Positions 1-9,709 of a stretch of DNA of 64,000 nt are shown here, piece by piece. Every line of letters begins with the position of its first letter. Position 1 is the first letter of the stretch. A program made the position numbers and the translations under genes. The stretch is from Bdellovibrionales bacterium (GTDB taxonomy: Bacteria; Bdellovibrionota; Bdellovibrionia; Bdellovibrionales; CAYMLA01): NCBI GenBank assembly GCA_965217115.1, contig OZ244239.1:1024001-1088000 (forward strand), in the 5' to 3' direction. The notes under the pieces were generated by a model, which saw only the letters and a list, made by a program, of their open reading frames with translations, had not been told where the DNA came from and did not search any database.

Positions 1-1
1 A

Positions 2-694
2 AGAGAAAACATTGACGGTGTTCGCTTTATTTCTAATATGAGTTCAGGAAAAACAGGCTCATCTATCGCTGACTCTCTTCTCCAACAAGGACACTCTGTC
101 ACCTTTCTTCATGCAAAAGATAGCCAAAAGCCATCCTTGCCCTGTTACTTCCAAGAATTTAGCTCTTCTGCTGATTTAAAAAAAGAAATACTGCATCTTC
201 TAGGCTCCACACCGTTTGATATATTTATTCATCTTGCTGCCGTGAGTGATTACTCTGCCGAAAGCATTGAAATAGATGGCCAACTCTTTCCCACTAACTC
301 TTCAACCAAGATATCTTCACAAGCAGAAAACATCACTGTTCATTTAAAAAAGAACCCAAAGCTCATTGATAAGATCAAAAGTAACTCCCTAAACTCGTCC
401 ATAAAAGTTGTGGGCTTTAAACTCACGAAAACAACAGATCCTATCGAGAAAAAGTGCAAAGTCTCTGATCTATTCTCTCACTCATCTTGTGATCTTGTCG
501 TTCACAATGATTTATTCGATATTCAAAGGCAAGAACACACCTTCACAATTTTTAATCACGAGTTAAAAAACATCCACTCCTGCAAAAACTCATCTGAACT
601 TGGACCGCAAATAATCAAACACCTTAACCCTCGATCATTTGATTCATCTTCTTCTCATTCAACAAATCACACAACTCACGAGATGCCATTATGA
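2..694 (+). CDS. coaBC: Phosphopantothenate-cysteine ligase (CoaB domain of CoaBC), 5' partial
   Basis: Frame is open from base 2: [19 protein letters not shown], plus AAVSDY, KKNPKLI and VGFKL motifs; followed by coaX and panD. Confidence 0.9.
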   Translation, partial: RENIDGVRFISNMSSGKTGSSIADSLLQQGHSVTFLHAKDSQKPSLPCYFQEFSSSADLKKEILHLLGSTPFDIFIHLAAVSDYSAESIEIDGQLFPTNSSTKISSQAENITVHLKKNPKLIDKIKSNSLNSSIKVVGFKLTKTTDPIEKKCKVSDLFSHSSCDLVVHNDLFDIQRQEHTFTIFNHELKNIHSCKNSSELGPQIIKHLNPRSFDSSSSHSTNHTTHEMPL

Positions 695-1461
695 TTCTCA
701 CCTTAGATGTTGGAAATTCTCAAATTTATGGCGGCGTGTTTGATGGAGATCAACTTCTTCTTAATTTCCGTAAAACCAGTTCCCAGAGGGGAAGTTCTGA
801 TGAAATAGGACTCTTCTTAAGAAACGCTCTTAAAGAGAACGGTATTAATCCACAACTCATTGAGAAAATCGCCGTCTGCTCTGTTGTTCCCGATCTTGTT
901 TATTCCTTAAACTCGGCCTGTTTAAAATATTTTGATAAAAGCCCTTTCCTCTTACAAGTTGGAACAAAAACTGGCCTGCGCATTAAATACCGTAACCCTA
1001 TAGAGGTGGGTAATGATCGTATTGCCAACGCCATCGCCGCCACACATCTGCACCCTAATGAAAACATCATCATCGTTGATTTAGGAACAGCCACGACTTT
1101 CTGTGCTATCAATCAGGACAAAGACTATCTAGGTGGCACTATCGTCGCTGGTATGAAAATATCTATGGAGTCTCTAGAGGCTAAAACTGCCCAGTTACCC
1201 GTGGTTGAAATTATCCGACCAGCACTGGCTCTTGGGCGCTCTACGGTTGAAAGCATACAGGCAGGGCTGTATTACAGCCATTTGGGAACAATAAAAGAAC
1301 TTATTGCTAAAATAACTCAAGAAAACTTTGCTCATAAAAAACCAAAAATTCTCGGCACAGGGGGACTAGCTCACCTGTTCAAAGATGAACAAGTCTTTGA
1401 CTCGATAGAATCAAATCTTGTTTTAAAAGGGCTTCTACTTGCACTTAAATTTAATCATTAA
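691..1461 (+). CDS. coaX: Type III pantothenate kinase
   Basis: [27 protein letters not shown] and GTGG motifs; 4-bp overlap with coaBC. Confidence 0.95.
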   Translation: MILTLDVGNSQIYGGVFDGDQLLLNFRKTSSQRGSSDEIGLFLRNALKENGINPQLIEKIAVCSVVPDLVYSLNSACLKYFDKSPFLLQVGTKTGLRIKYRNPIEVGNDRIANAIAATHLHPNENIIIVDLGTATTFCAINQDKDYLGGTIVAGMKISMESLEAKTAQLPVVEIIRPALALGRSTVESIQAGLYYSHLGTIKELIAKITQENFAHKKPKILGTGGLAHLFKDEQVFDSIESNLVLKGLLLALKFNH

Positions 1462-1474
1462 AGGAATTTTTTAA

Positions 1475-2059
1475 ATGAATCTTCACTTATTAAAATGTAA
1501 AATTCACCGCGCCACCGTGACCGACGCCGATCTTAATTACGAAGGCTCTATCTCTATCGACTCTGCTCTCATTGATCGGGCTAAACTCCATAAGTTTGAA
1601 AAAGTTGATGTTTACAACTGCGACAACGGACAAAGGTTCTCTACCTACGTTATCGAGGGAAAACCAGGGGAAATAACTCTCAACGGAGCCGCCGCCCGCC
1701 TCGTCCACAAAGGAGACCGCATTATTATCTGCGCCTACGCCAGTTTCAACAGCGATGAAGCCAAAGATCACAACCCCACACTCGTCTTCCTCATGGCCTA
1801 TTTAGAAGCTCTCACTCCTTCTCCTTCTCCTTCTCCTTCTCCTTCTCCTTCTCCTTCTCCTTCTCCTTCTCCTTCTCCTTCTCCTTCTCCTTCTCCTTCT
1901 CCTTCTCCTTCTCCTTCTCCTCTCCTCTTTCTCCTCTTTCTCCTCTTTCTCCTCTTTCTCCTCCGCTCGCAAAGCGAGCTTGCGCTCGCCCCAGCGAGCC
2001 GCACAACAACACCCCGTTGTTCCCTCAACCAGCCGCAGATTTCAAATAAGATTTTCTAA
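1475..2059 (+). CDS. panD: Aspartate 1-decarboxylase with an aberrant repeat-encoded C-terminal extension
   Basis: KIHRATVT, YEG/SISID self-cleavage site, RFSTY, LNGAAAR; similarity ends at HNPTLVFL (~1793), then (PS)17 and (LLF)4. Confidence 0.9.
   Translation: MNLHLLKCKIHRATVTDADLNYEGSISIDSALIDRAKLHKFEKVDVYNCDNGQRFSTYVIEGKPGEITLNGAAARLVHKGDRIIICAYASFNSDEAKDHNPTLVFLMAYLEALTPSPSPSPSPSPSPSPSPSPSPSPSPSPSPSPSPSPLLFLLFLLFLLFLLRSQSELALAPASRTTTPRCSLNQPQISNKIF
1817..1957. repeat. Microsatellite (CCTTCT)17 followed by (CTCCTCTTT)4; homopyrimidine tract
   Basis: Read directly from the sequence. Confidence 0.97.
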
Positions 2060-2552
2060 ATAGGACTCCGCTCGCAAAGCGAGCTTAGCGAGCCGCACAA
2101 CAACACCCCGTTGTTCCCCCAACCAGCCGCAGATTTCAAATAAGATTTTCTAAATAGGAATTCACCATTCTCTCGCCACCAACTCACTCCGCTCGCAAAG
2201 CGAGCCTGCGCTCGCCCCAGCGAGCCGCACAACAACACCCCGTTGTTCCCTCAACCAGCCGCAGATTTCAAATAAGATTTTCTAAATAGGAATTCACCAT
2301 TCTCTCGCCACCAACTCACTCCGCTCGCAAAGCGAGCCTGCGCTCGCCCCAGCGAGCCGCACAACAACACCCCGTTGTTCCCTCAACCAGCCGCAGATTT
2401 CAAATAAGATTTTCTAAATAGGAATTCACCATTCTCTCGCCACCAACTCACTCCGCTCGCAAAGCGAGCTTGCGCTCGCCCCAGCGAGCCGCACAACAAC
2501 ACCCCGTTGTTCCCCCACCAGGCAGATTTCAAATGAGAGCTTCTAAATAGGC
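1961..2552. repeat. Tandem array of five hairpin-rich units (full period 132 bp)
   Basis: Units start CTCCGCTCGCAAAGCGAGC at 1961, 2066, 2187, 2319 and 2451; near identical, units 1, 2 and 5 shorter. Confidence 0.95.
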
Positions 2553-2663
2553 CAATTGTATTCACGCGCAGTTCTTTTGGTGCTGCCGCTCGCAAAGCGA
2601 GCGGTGCTGCCAAAAGCATGTATGAGCATGAATACAATTGGCCTATTTAGAAGCGGCTCATTT
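2531..2663. repeat. Long fold-back palindrome
   Basis: 26-bp perfect arms at 2539-2564 and 2629-2654; inner CTTTTGG/CCAAAAG stem and apical CGCTCGC-AAA-GCGAGCG. Confidence 0.92.
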
Positions 2664-2671
2664 ACCCCAAA

Positions 2672-3019
2672 TCAAGCCATAGAAGATAGAGCCACATCAC
2701 GATCCTCATAAGTCAAAAAGATCGTATTCAAACCACTGATATCCAAAACTCTTTGGACATTTTTACGAATAGAACAAAGGGCTGTTTTCCCCTCTTTTTC
2801 CTGCATTTTTTTAGCTGCGTACAACAAAACTCGAAGTCCCGCACTGGATATATACTCTAGGCCTTCTAAATCAACAATCAACTTCGAACAATCACCCTCT
2901 AAAACATCATTTAACTTCTCATTAACTGTATTAGCCATCGATGCATCCAAATGTCCTTCTATAAGAACAACTTCTACGTCTCCAACACTCTCAATTTTAA
3001 TTTCTGATTTTTTTTCCAC
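2672..3019 (-). CDS. STAS-domain anti-sigma factor antagonist (RsbV/SpoIIAA family)
   Basis: IEGHLDA, LIVDLEGLEYISSAGLRVL phospho-Ser motif, VLDISG. Confidence 0.93.
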   Translation of the reverse strand: MEKKSEIKIESVGDVEVVLIEGHLDASMANTVNEKLNDVLEGDCSKLIVDLEGLEYISSAGLRVLLYAAKKMQEKEGKTALCSIRKNVQRVLDISGLNTIFLTYEDRDVALSSMA

Positions 3020-3152
3020 AACAACCCTCTTTAGTTCTCTTTATTATTAAAAATAACTCTATTCTAAGAATTTTCACAAAAAAATCCCAGACAAGCTAAA
3101 GTAAACAAGCTAAAAAAAAAAATCAAGGACATACTGAGCATTATGCAATCAT

Positions 3153-5360
3153 TTAAGCCGTAATAGGCAACTCTACGATAAATTGCGTAAATTCCCCAAA
3201 AACACTCTCCACTCTCATACTGCCCCCGTGCTTCAATATAATATCATGGGACAAGGAGAGACCCAGGCCTGTCCCTTTATCCGTGGGCTTTGTAGTGAAG
3301 AATGGGTTAAAAATCTTTGTACGATTTTCCTCTGGAATACCAGGACCATTGTCCTTAACCAAAATTTCAATAAAACTTTCCCCCTCTTTTTCAATTTTAC
3401 GAGTCTCTATCCAAAGACAGGGGGCATAAACCTTTTTTTCCTCTAGGGAAAGAATCTCTGTTTTGCTCTCAATAGCGTCACAAGCGTTCGTCACTAAATT
3501 CAAAATAACTCGGGATATCTCTTGGGGGTAGATATCCACCGCTTCTAACCCCTCACCATAGTTTTTCTTAAACTCCACATTAAAACCAGAACTCCCCACC
3601 CGTTTTCCCTGATAAGCCAGATTAATTGATCTATCCAAAAATGAATTCAACTCAATAACCTCCTTCTCATCTTCCTCTGATTGACCACCACGAGAGTGCT
3701 GTAACATTCCTTTCACAATGTCGTCCGTTCTCTGGCCGTGTGAATAGATCTTTTCAAGATTACCCGTTAAGTCTTTAACCAAACTATCAATAAAACCTCG
3801 ACTCTCTTCAGAGATGCTATTACCTGACTCATTCAACTCCTTAGATAAATCTTCCAATAATTCCTTAGAAAGAAGTGAAAAATTATTAATAAAATTAAGT
3901 GGATTCTTAATTTCATGGGCTATTCCAGAGACAAGCTGTCCCAGTGACGCCAACTTCTCCTGCATAACCATTTGTTTTTGGGCATTTTTAAGCTGTTCAA
4001 TCGTATCTTCTAATAGATTGTTTTTCTCTTGAATCTCTTGCGCTAGTTTTTCTACTAAATTTATCCTCTGCGCCTCTATTGCATATTTTCTGAACACCTC
4101 TAAGGCTTGAGCCATATCCGTGATTTCATCATCACCCTTCATCTCTAGTGGGATTTCAAGATCCCCCTGGGACATCGTAAGCATCGCTTCAGAAAGTGTC
4201 TTGATCCTGCCAATCAAATAACGACTTACAAAAAACACTCCTATAAACAATGCCAGAAAAATAGTTAGACTGTTCAAAGTTAAAAGTTGATTCTGATTTC
4301 GAAAAATTGTTTTTTCAAAAACTCGGGAAACTCTCTCACTGTCATCTTGAATCCCCTTTATCAAAGTTTTTGTTTGATGAGTTAATTCTATGACAAAATC
4401 TCTATTCTTAGACAGATACTGCCTTTGTTTGCCTTTCTCTTTAAACACCTCTTCTAATAACTGAAAAACCCCCTGGATTTGAACGTCAGAGAGATTCTTA
4501 TTGGTAGAGCCTAAACCTATCTTACTCAATAATTCTATTCTATTAGATATCTGTTTCTTTAAATGACGATTCGTGACACCCTTCAACGATTGACGACAAT
4601 TCCCCAATGCCGCTCGAAATCTCTCACGCAAAGGTTGAATCAAGTTCGACCCAGATAGTTGAGGTGCTTGAGTCAACAGATTAGACATAACCTGACTTTG
4701 AGCATTTAGAGACAAAAGACTTTGATAATAATTAATCGATTCTTCACTCGATCTTATAGATAAGGAGATCACCTCTTTTTGCTTTAAAGTCATCAAACCT
4801 GTGTGCAGAAAAAATATCTGATCATCTATTGCTGATATTAATAACTGGCTAATTTCATGGGACTTCTTAGCCACTACTGATAGAGAAGCATTTAATTTCC
4901 CTCTTAAATACAAAGTCGAAATTACAGAGCCCTCTAGTTTTTTTAAATTATTTAGTAACTCTTTAGACAGAAATTTAAATTTATTAATAGACTCCTCTTC
5001 TTGTTCACCAGTTACTTCAGACAATCTCTTCAACGTAGACGATAGATTTTTACCACTTCTCTGTACGAGTTTTTTTGTGTTCTGTATTTCTTTTTCCGTC
5101 TGTGAGGCCAAAAACTTAGGAGCTACATCTATCAAAGACGAACTCTCTTGTCCTATTTTAATTGCTAAAGACAACTCAGGAATTCTTTCCTTTGTAATTA
5201 TTTTTTGAATGTTGTTCATCTCAATCAGAGACTTCCAGCCCAAAAAACTCGCCACAAAGATAAGGGTTACAAAAATAAACAAACCCAAATACATTTGGAC
5301 ACCAATTGTCCACCGCATCTTCAATGTTTTTCTTTTGTCACCTTCTTTCACTGTTGCCAT
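3153..5360 (-). CDS. Membrane sensor histidine kinase (TorS-like periplasmic domain, HAMP, HisKA, HATPase)
   Basis: Two TM segments, HAMP (GDDEITDMAQAL), GIAHEIKNPLN, NLVTNACDA, DNGPG, FFTTK, GTGLGL. Confidence 0.92.
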   Translation of the reverse strand: MATVKEGDKRKTLKMRWTIGVQMYLGLFIFVTLIFVASFLGWKSLIEMNNIQKIITKERIPELSLAIKIGQESSSLIDVAPKFLASQTEKEIQNTKKLVQRSGKNLSSTLKRLSEVTGEQEEESINKFKFLSKELLNNLKKLEGSVISTLYLRGKLNASLSVVAKKSHEISQLLISAIDDQIFFLHTGLMTLKQKEVISLSIRSSEESINYYQSLLSLNAQSQVMSNLLTQAPQLSGSNLIQPLRERFRAALGNCRQSLKGVTNRHLKKQISNRIELLSKIGLGSTNKNLSDVQIQGVFQLLEEVFKEKGKQRQYLSKNRDFVIELTHQTKTLIKGIQDDSERVSRVFEKTIFRNQNQLLTLNSLTIFLALFIGVFFVSRYLIGRIKTLSEAMLTMSQGDLEIPLEMKGDDEITDMAQALEVFRKYAIEAQRINLVEKLAQEIQEKNNLLEDTIEQLKNAQKQMVMQEKLASLGQLVSGIAHEIKNPLNFINNFSLLSKELLEDLSKELNESGNSISEESRGFIDSLVKDLTGNLEKIYSHGQRTDDIVKGMLQHSRGGQSEEDEKEVIELNSFLDRSINLAYQGKRVGSSGFNVEFKKNYGEGLEAVDIYPQEISRVILNLVTNACDAIESKTEILSLEEKKVYAPCLWIETRKIEKEGESFIEILVKDNGPGIPEENRTKIFNPFFTTKPTDKGTGLGLSLSHDIILKHGGSMRVESVFGEFTQFIVELPITA

Positions 5361-6588
5361 CCCTCGTATTTCTAAATGACTTTAAGTTCTTCAGAGACAA
5401 CACCTTACCACCGTAAATCCTCGTTAAAAACACTCGGTTAGACCCTTGATTGTCAGACCTTGTATAGGAGAGATTAAAACCGTTAATACTAAACTGACTC
5501 TTTTCTGACTTAAAAGCCCTAGCAAAACTCTCTCGTGTTAATTTTTTTCCCGCTCGCTTGAGAGCCTTAATAACTAGACGCCCAACAATATAGCCCTCTA
5601 AGGTCACAAATCCGACCTTATTAGATCCTTTTATTTTTTTTATAGCTCGACGATAATTGGGAATAAGATATCCCTTCTCTTGATAGGGAAATGGCACCAC
5701 CTGAGTAACAAACACATTACTTTTACTGTCTTTAAGTTCTCTTGCCAAGGCCGACACGCCTACAAAAGAAACAGATAAGAAAAAGGTCGACTTCATCTTC
5801 AATTTTTCTGCCCACTTTATAAAAGTCGCTGCCGGAGCATAAGTTCCAATAATGATTATCGCCTCAGGAATATTCTTACGAATACCCAGAAGAGCTGCTT
5901 TAACGGCTTTTGTGTTTCTCACATAATTTCCTTGAGAAACAATTTGTACCCCTTTACCAATCTCTTTAACAGCTCTCTCCAGACCATGGAGGCCATCTAA
6001 ACCAAAAGAGTCATTCTGATAGAGAATCCCAATACGTTTGACTCCCACGTCATTGCGTAGGTGCAAAATCATTTCGCGGATTTCCTGAAAATAAGAGCTA
6101 CGTACATTCACGACAGTCTCAAGATAAGAGGTTCGCAAAAAAGATGCCCCTGTAAAAGGGCCAATGTAAAGCATCTTAGATTTTGAAACTATTGGCAAAA
6201 CTGCTTTTGACGTGGGAGTTCCAACCCCACCTACAAAAGAAAAAACTTTCTCTTTCTTAATTAAACTATGAATATTTTTAATAGCCAGCTCTGGTTCATA
6301 TCGATCGTCACGGCTAAGAAGCTTCAATCGACGCCCATAAACTCCACCCTTGCTATTAACCTCTTTAAAAGCTGCCAATATACCATCTCTCATATTCAGA
6401 CCCAATTCTTTAGCAGATCCAGTCAATGCCGCCGATTGACCAAAAACAATCTCTGTTTCAGTGACACCCTGATATGATTTAGATGGCTTTTCTGTAAAAC
6501 CTGAAGCCGTAAAACCTAATACTGTAAGACAAAGGTATATTATTAAAAAAAATATAGATCGAAAAATTATTTTTACTGACCCCTTCAT
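5338..6588 (-). CDS. Periplasmic binding protein, PBP1/LivK-like, with no adjacent permease
   Basis: N-terminal hydrophobic segment; FGQSAALTG, NSKGGVYGR, DDRYEP, VGTPTS, YQNDSFG. Confidence 0.88.
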   Translation of the reverse strand: MKGSVKIIFRSIFFLIIYLCLTVLGFTASGFTEKPSKSYQGVTETEIVFGQSAALTGSAKELGLNMRDGILAAFKEVNSKGGVYGRRLKLLSRDDRYEPELAIKNIHSLIKKEKVFSFVGGVGTPTSKAVLPIVSKSKMLYIGPFTGASFLRTSYLETVVNVRSSYFQEIREMILHLRNDVGVKRIGILYQNDSFGLDGLHGLERAVKEIGKGVQIVSQGNYVRNTKAVKAALLGIRKNIPEAIIIIGTYAPAATFIKWAEKLKMKSTFFLSVSFVGVSALARELKDSKSNVFVTQVVPFPYQEKGYLIPNYRRAIKKIKGSNKVGFVTLEGYIVGRLVIKALKRAGKKLTRESFARAFKSEKSQFSINGFNLSYTRSDNQGSNRVFLTRIYGGKVLSLKNLKSFRNTRDGNSERR

Positions 6589-7745
6589 TTCTTGGGAGAG
6601 TACCTTAAAGAAAGATAGGTTAAATCATCAAATTGAGGTGCATCTCCAGAGAAATCTCTGACACTTTGATGAACTCGGTCATTAAGCGTCTCAATATTTT
6701 CTCGACATTGACTAGATAAAACATCCATCAATCGAGGTTCTTCATATTCATTGCCATGAGAGTCCATAGACTCTGTCACGCCATCTGTATAAATAAACAA
6801 CGTATCTCCTAATTCTAATTGTATTTCTTTCTGCGTAAATTCTTTATCTTTAACTATACCAAGAGGAACTCCTTCTGTTAAAAGTGTCTCTTCACATTTT
6901 CCATTAGAGTGAACAATCATTGGTGGGTTATGCCCTGCATTCGTATAAGTAAACCGTCCTGTTTTAGTATTGAGAACTCCATAGAAAAGTGTCACAAACA
7001 TAAAACTATCATTGTTAATGCAAATCTTTCTATTAGCTTCTTTTATCAGTTCACCCACAGCTGTCGGTGCGTAGGTCACACTTAAGCCTTTTACTAATGA
7101 CTGAGTAATCATTGCAAACAAAGCCGCAGCAACCCCTTTTCCTGAGACATCAGCCACCACAACAGCGATGTGTTCATCGCCTAACCTAAAACAATCATAG
7201 AAATCACCACCAATTTCCTTTGCTGGAGTCATTACAGCATGTAGTTGACAGTTATCATCTAAATTAAAATCCTGTGGCAGTATCGACTGTTGAATCTTAT
7301 GGGCTAAATTCAATTCTTTTTTTAATAATAAAAAATCATCTCTTGATCGTAGAGCGTCTCTCATTTTAGAGAGGTTCTCAAAACCCCGATTGATTGTATG
7401 CTCCATGTCTTCAAAATTAATGGGCTTAGTGATAAAATCAAATGCTCCATTATTCATCGCCTTTCTAATGTTCTCTATATCTCCATAGGCTGAAACAATC
7501 ACTGTTTGTAAATCAAAACCCTCTTCTTGAATTTTTTGGGTTAAAGTTAAACCATCCATTTTCGGCATGTTAATATCAGAAAGAACAATATCAATATTTG
7601 AATCCAACTTCAAAGCCTCTAAAGCCTCCTCTCCATCATGACAAAATATCAGTTCCCATTCTTTCTTATGTGTTTTTCGACGAAATTTCTGAGATATTAA
7701 CGGTTCAACATCAACCTCATCATCTACAATCAAAATTCTTACCAT
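6585..7745 (-). CDS. Response regulator receiver fused to a PP2C/SpoIIE phosphatase (RsbU-like)
   Basis: ILIVDDE, SDINMPKMDG, DFITKP; IGGDFYD, ADVSGKGVAAAL, NAGHNPP, YTDGVTE, DDLT. Confidence 0.95.
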   Translation of the reverse strand: MVRILIVDDEVDVEPLISQKFRRKTHKKEWELIFCHDGEEALEALKLDSNIDIVLSDINMPKMDGLTLTQKIQEEGFDLQTVIVSAYGDIENIRKAMNNGAFDFITKPINFEDMEHTINRGFENLSKMRDALRSRDDFLLLKKELNLAHKIQQSILPQDFNLDDNCQLHAVMTPAKEIGGDFYDCFRLGDEHIAVVVADVSGKGVAAALFAMITQSLVKGLSVTYAPTAVGELIKEANRKICINNDSFMFVTLFYGVLNTKTGRFTYTNAGHNPPMIVHSNGKCEETLLTEGVPLGIVKDKEFTQKEIQLELGDTLFIYTDGVTESMDSHGNEYEEPRLMDVLSSQCRENIETLNDRVHQSVRDFSGDAPQFDDLTYLSLRYSPKK

Positions 7746-7760
7746 AATTTCATACTCCCT

Positions 7761-8207
7761 CTATGGACGATTTAGTTTCTTATGAATTTTTAATCTGTTC
7801 CCTTCCTTCAGCGAAATATACTCTAATTTATCAGAGAGGTTTTGAATAAAGTGTATCCCCAGCCCCCCTATAGGACGATCTTCTAAATTTGACTGAGTAT
7901 CTACCTGGAGATCCCCTTTAAGGGGATTGAAAATTTGAGCATTATCAGTCACCTCGGCAATAAAGTAATTTGAATTTTTGTACAATAAAACATTCACTTC
8001 TGCCTGCTTCTCTATCTCTTTATAACCATGTTTAAATACATTCACTATAATTTCCTCTAAACATAGCTTTAAATCAAAATGATTTTTTTCATCAATTCCA
8101 TGGGTCTCACTATAATTGTCAAAGCCCCGCATAAATTCCTGTAGATCATTTAGCTCCTTTAAGTCAAAAGACAAACGGCAGCTTGTTTTCTTGTTTTTTT
8201 CAGGCAT
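7761..8207 (-). CDS. Anti-sigma factor Ser kinase (RsbW/SpoIIAB family)
   Basis: LCLEEIIVNVFKHG, TDNAQIFNP, RPIGGLGIHFI, GNRL. Confidence 0.92.
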   Translation of the reverse strand: MPEKNKKTSCRLSFDLKELNDLQEFMRGFDNYSETHGIDEKNHFDLKLCLEEIIVNVFKHGYKEIEKQAEVNVLLYKNSNYFIAEVTDNAQIFNPLKGDLQVDTQSNLEDRPIGGLGIHFIQNLSDKLEYISLKEGNRLKIHKKLNRP

Positions 8208-8665
8208 AACTTATTCACCTCTTTATTTTATATATCTCCCAATATTTAAAAACTCTGGATATGCTTCTACATTACAAGTGCCGGTAAAAAAAGAAGACGG
8301 AACGCACTAAAAACATATTTAATCTCTTGAACAAATTTGACGACCTCTGTCAATTCAGTTGCTAACGAAGAAATGGGCCACAAAAAAAATAACAACACAC
8401 AAAGTAAATTTTTAACACTTCAACCCCATCAATACAATTTGTAACTCATTAAGCTGTTTTATTTAATTTAAAAGAGGCTCGGCAAAGACAGATCAATATG
8501 GTGCGCCGCGATAGTTCGTTGTTCCACCTAAAAAAAATCAGCACTTAAGCGTGTTTTAGAGGAAGGTTTTTGCTCTTAATGATTAACGTGGAAACATCCT
8601 CAAGTCTTTAGTCTAGTTACCAAGTCTCAATAGACGCTTAATAAAAAATTAGAAATACTAAGGTT

Positions 8666-9700
8666 ATGAAAAAATGCTCTGGGCGAGGTATTAAACCTCT
8701 TTACAGTCTTACACTTTCATTTTTTTGCTTTTGCTCTTGTGTCAACTTGGAAGCCAATCCACATCGAGTATCAGTTAAAAATAAGAAAAACTCTATGCAC
8801 TTAGCTCAAGAAAATATCTTAGGTCAAAAAATATTTTCAACCACACGACAAAAACGAATACTCCTTCAGTCTAAAAAATTTGGAAACCCAAGCCCTCCCC
8901 CCTTAGCTTTCGATCTTCCTGTTACTTACAACAAACAGGTAAGACAATGGGTTAATTTTTTTCAGACCAGAGGTCGAAAAAATTTTCGTCTGTGGTTACA
9001 GCGATCTAATCGTTACTTTCCCATAATTAAAAAGAAACTTCAGCAACATCAAATGCCTCAGGACTTAGCCTATTTAGCCATGATTGAAAGCGGCCTATCT
9101 CCTGTAGCCAAGAGTCACGCCAATGCTGTCGGACCTTGGCAGTTTATTCGTTCAACAGCCAATCGTTTTGGATTGCGAACAAAGTGGTGGTTAGATGAAA
9201 GAAGAGATTTAGAAAAAAGCACCTCTGCCGCTATCTCTTATCTAAAAATTTTACACAAAGAATTCAAATCCTGGTATTTAGTTTTTGCTAGTTATAATAT
9301 GGGAGAAGGTGGTGTTCGCCGACGTATTCATGACTATAAAACCACCGACTACTGGCAACTCGTAAATAAAAAAGCTATCCCCAAGGAAACCCAAGAGTAT
9401 GTTCCAAAACTCATTGCCACTATGCTTATTGCCAAAGCTCCTGGACTCTATGGCTTTCGTAACATAAAACCATTCAACCAGCTTTATTTTGACGAAATTC
9501 ACATCCCAGGCGGAACTGATATTAACAACCTGGCTGATTATCTCGGCGTTTCACGTAAATATTTTAGACATCTAAACGCTGAACTCATACAAGGAGTTAT
9601 TCCTAAAAAAATTAAACGTCATAAAATAAAAATTCCAAAAGGCGCACAAACAATGGTTGGACGCTATCTCAATAATAAGAGAAAACAAAACTTTTTCTAA
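8666..9700 (+). CDS. Lytic transglycosylase, MltD-like SLT domain with no clear LysM
   Basis: LAMIESG, AVGPWQF, DERRD, ASYNMGEG, ETQEYVPK. Confidence 0.9.
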   Translation: MKKCSGRGIKPLYSLTLSFFCFCSCVNLEANPHRVSVKNKKNSMHLAQENILGQKIFSTTRQKRILLQSKKFGNPSPPPLAFDLPVTYNKQVRQWVNFFQTRGRKNFRLWLQRSNRYFPIIKKKLQQHQMPQDLAYLAMIESGLSPVAKSHANAVGPWQFIRSTANRFGLRTKWWLDERRDLEKSTSAAISYLKILHKEFKSWYLVFASYNMGEGGVRRRIHDYKTTDYWQLVNKKAIPKETQEYVPKLIATMLIAKAPGLYGFRNIKPFNQLYFDEIHIPGGTDINNLADYLGVSRKYFRHLNAELIQGVIPKKIKRHKIKIPKGAQTMVGRYLNNKRKQNFF

Positions 9701-9709
9701 GAGCGTTTC

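Larger units (their letters stand above)
1794..2554. mobile_element. MITE-like composite element bounded by 21-bp perfect inverted repeats
   Basis: TGGCCTATTTAGAAGCTCTCA (1794-1814) and TGAGAGCTTCTAAATAGGCCA (2534-2554); no transposase inside; mobility is inferred. Confidence 0.55.

Noticed and set aside
1961..2552. CRISPR array
   Set aside because: Units are near identical along their length, with no unique spacers, and no cas genes are in the window
1798..2637. Minus-strand ORFs with (GE)n, (EK)n or repeated MLLCGSLGRAQ
   Set aside because: Open only because the repeats lack stop codons; no RBS or domain
8208..8665. Riboswitch or parS in the divergent intergenic region
   Set aside because: Only partial GTTCCAC and GTGGAAAC matches; no full palindrome or aptamer recognised
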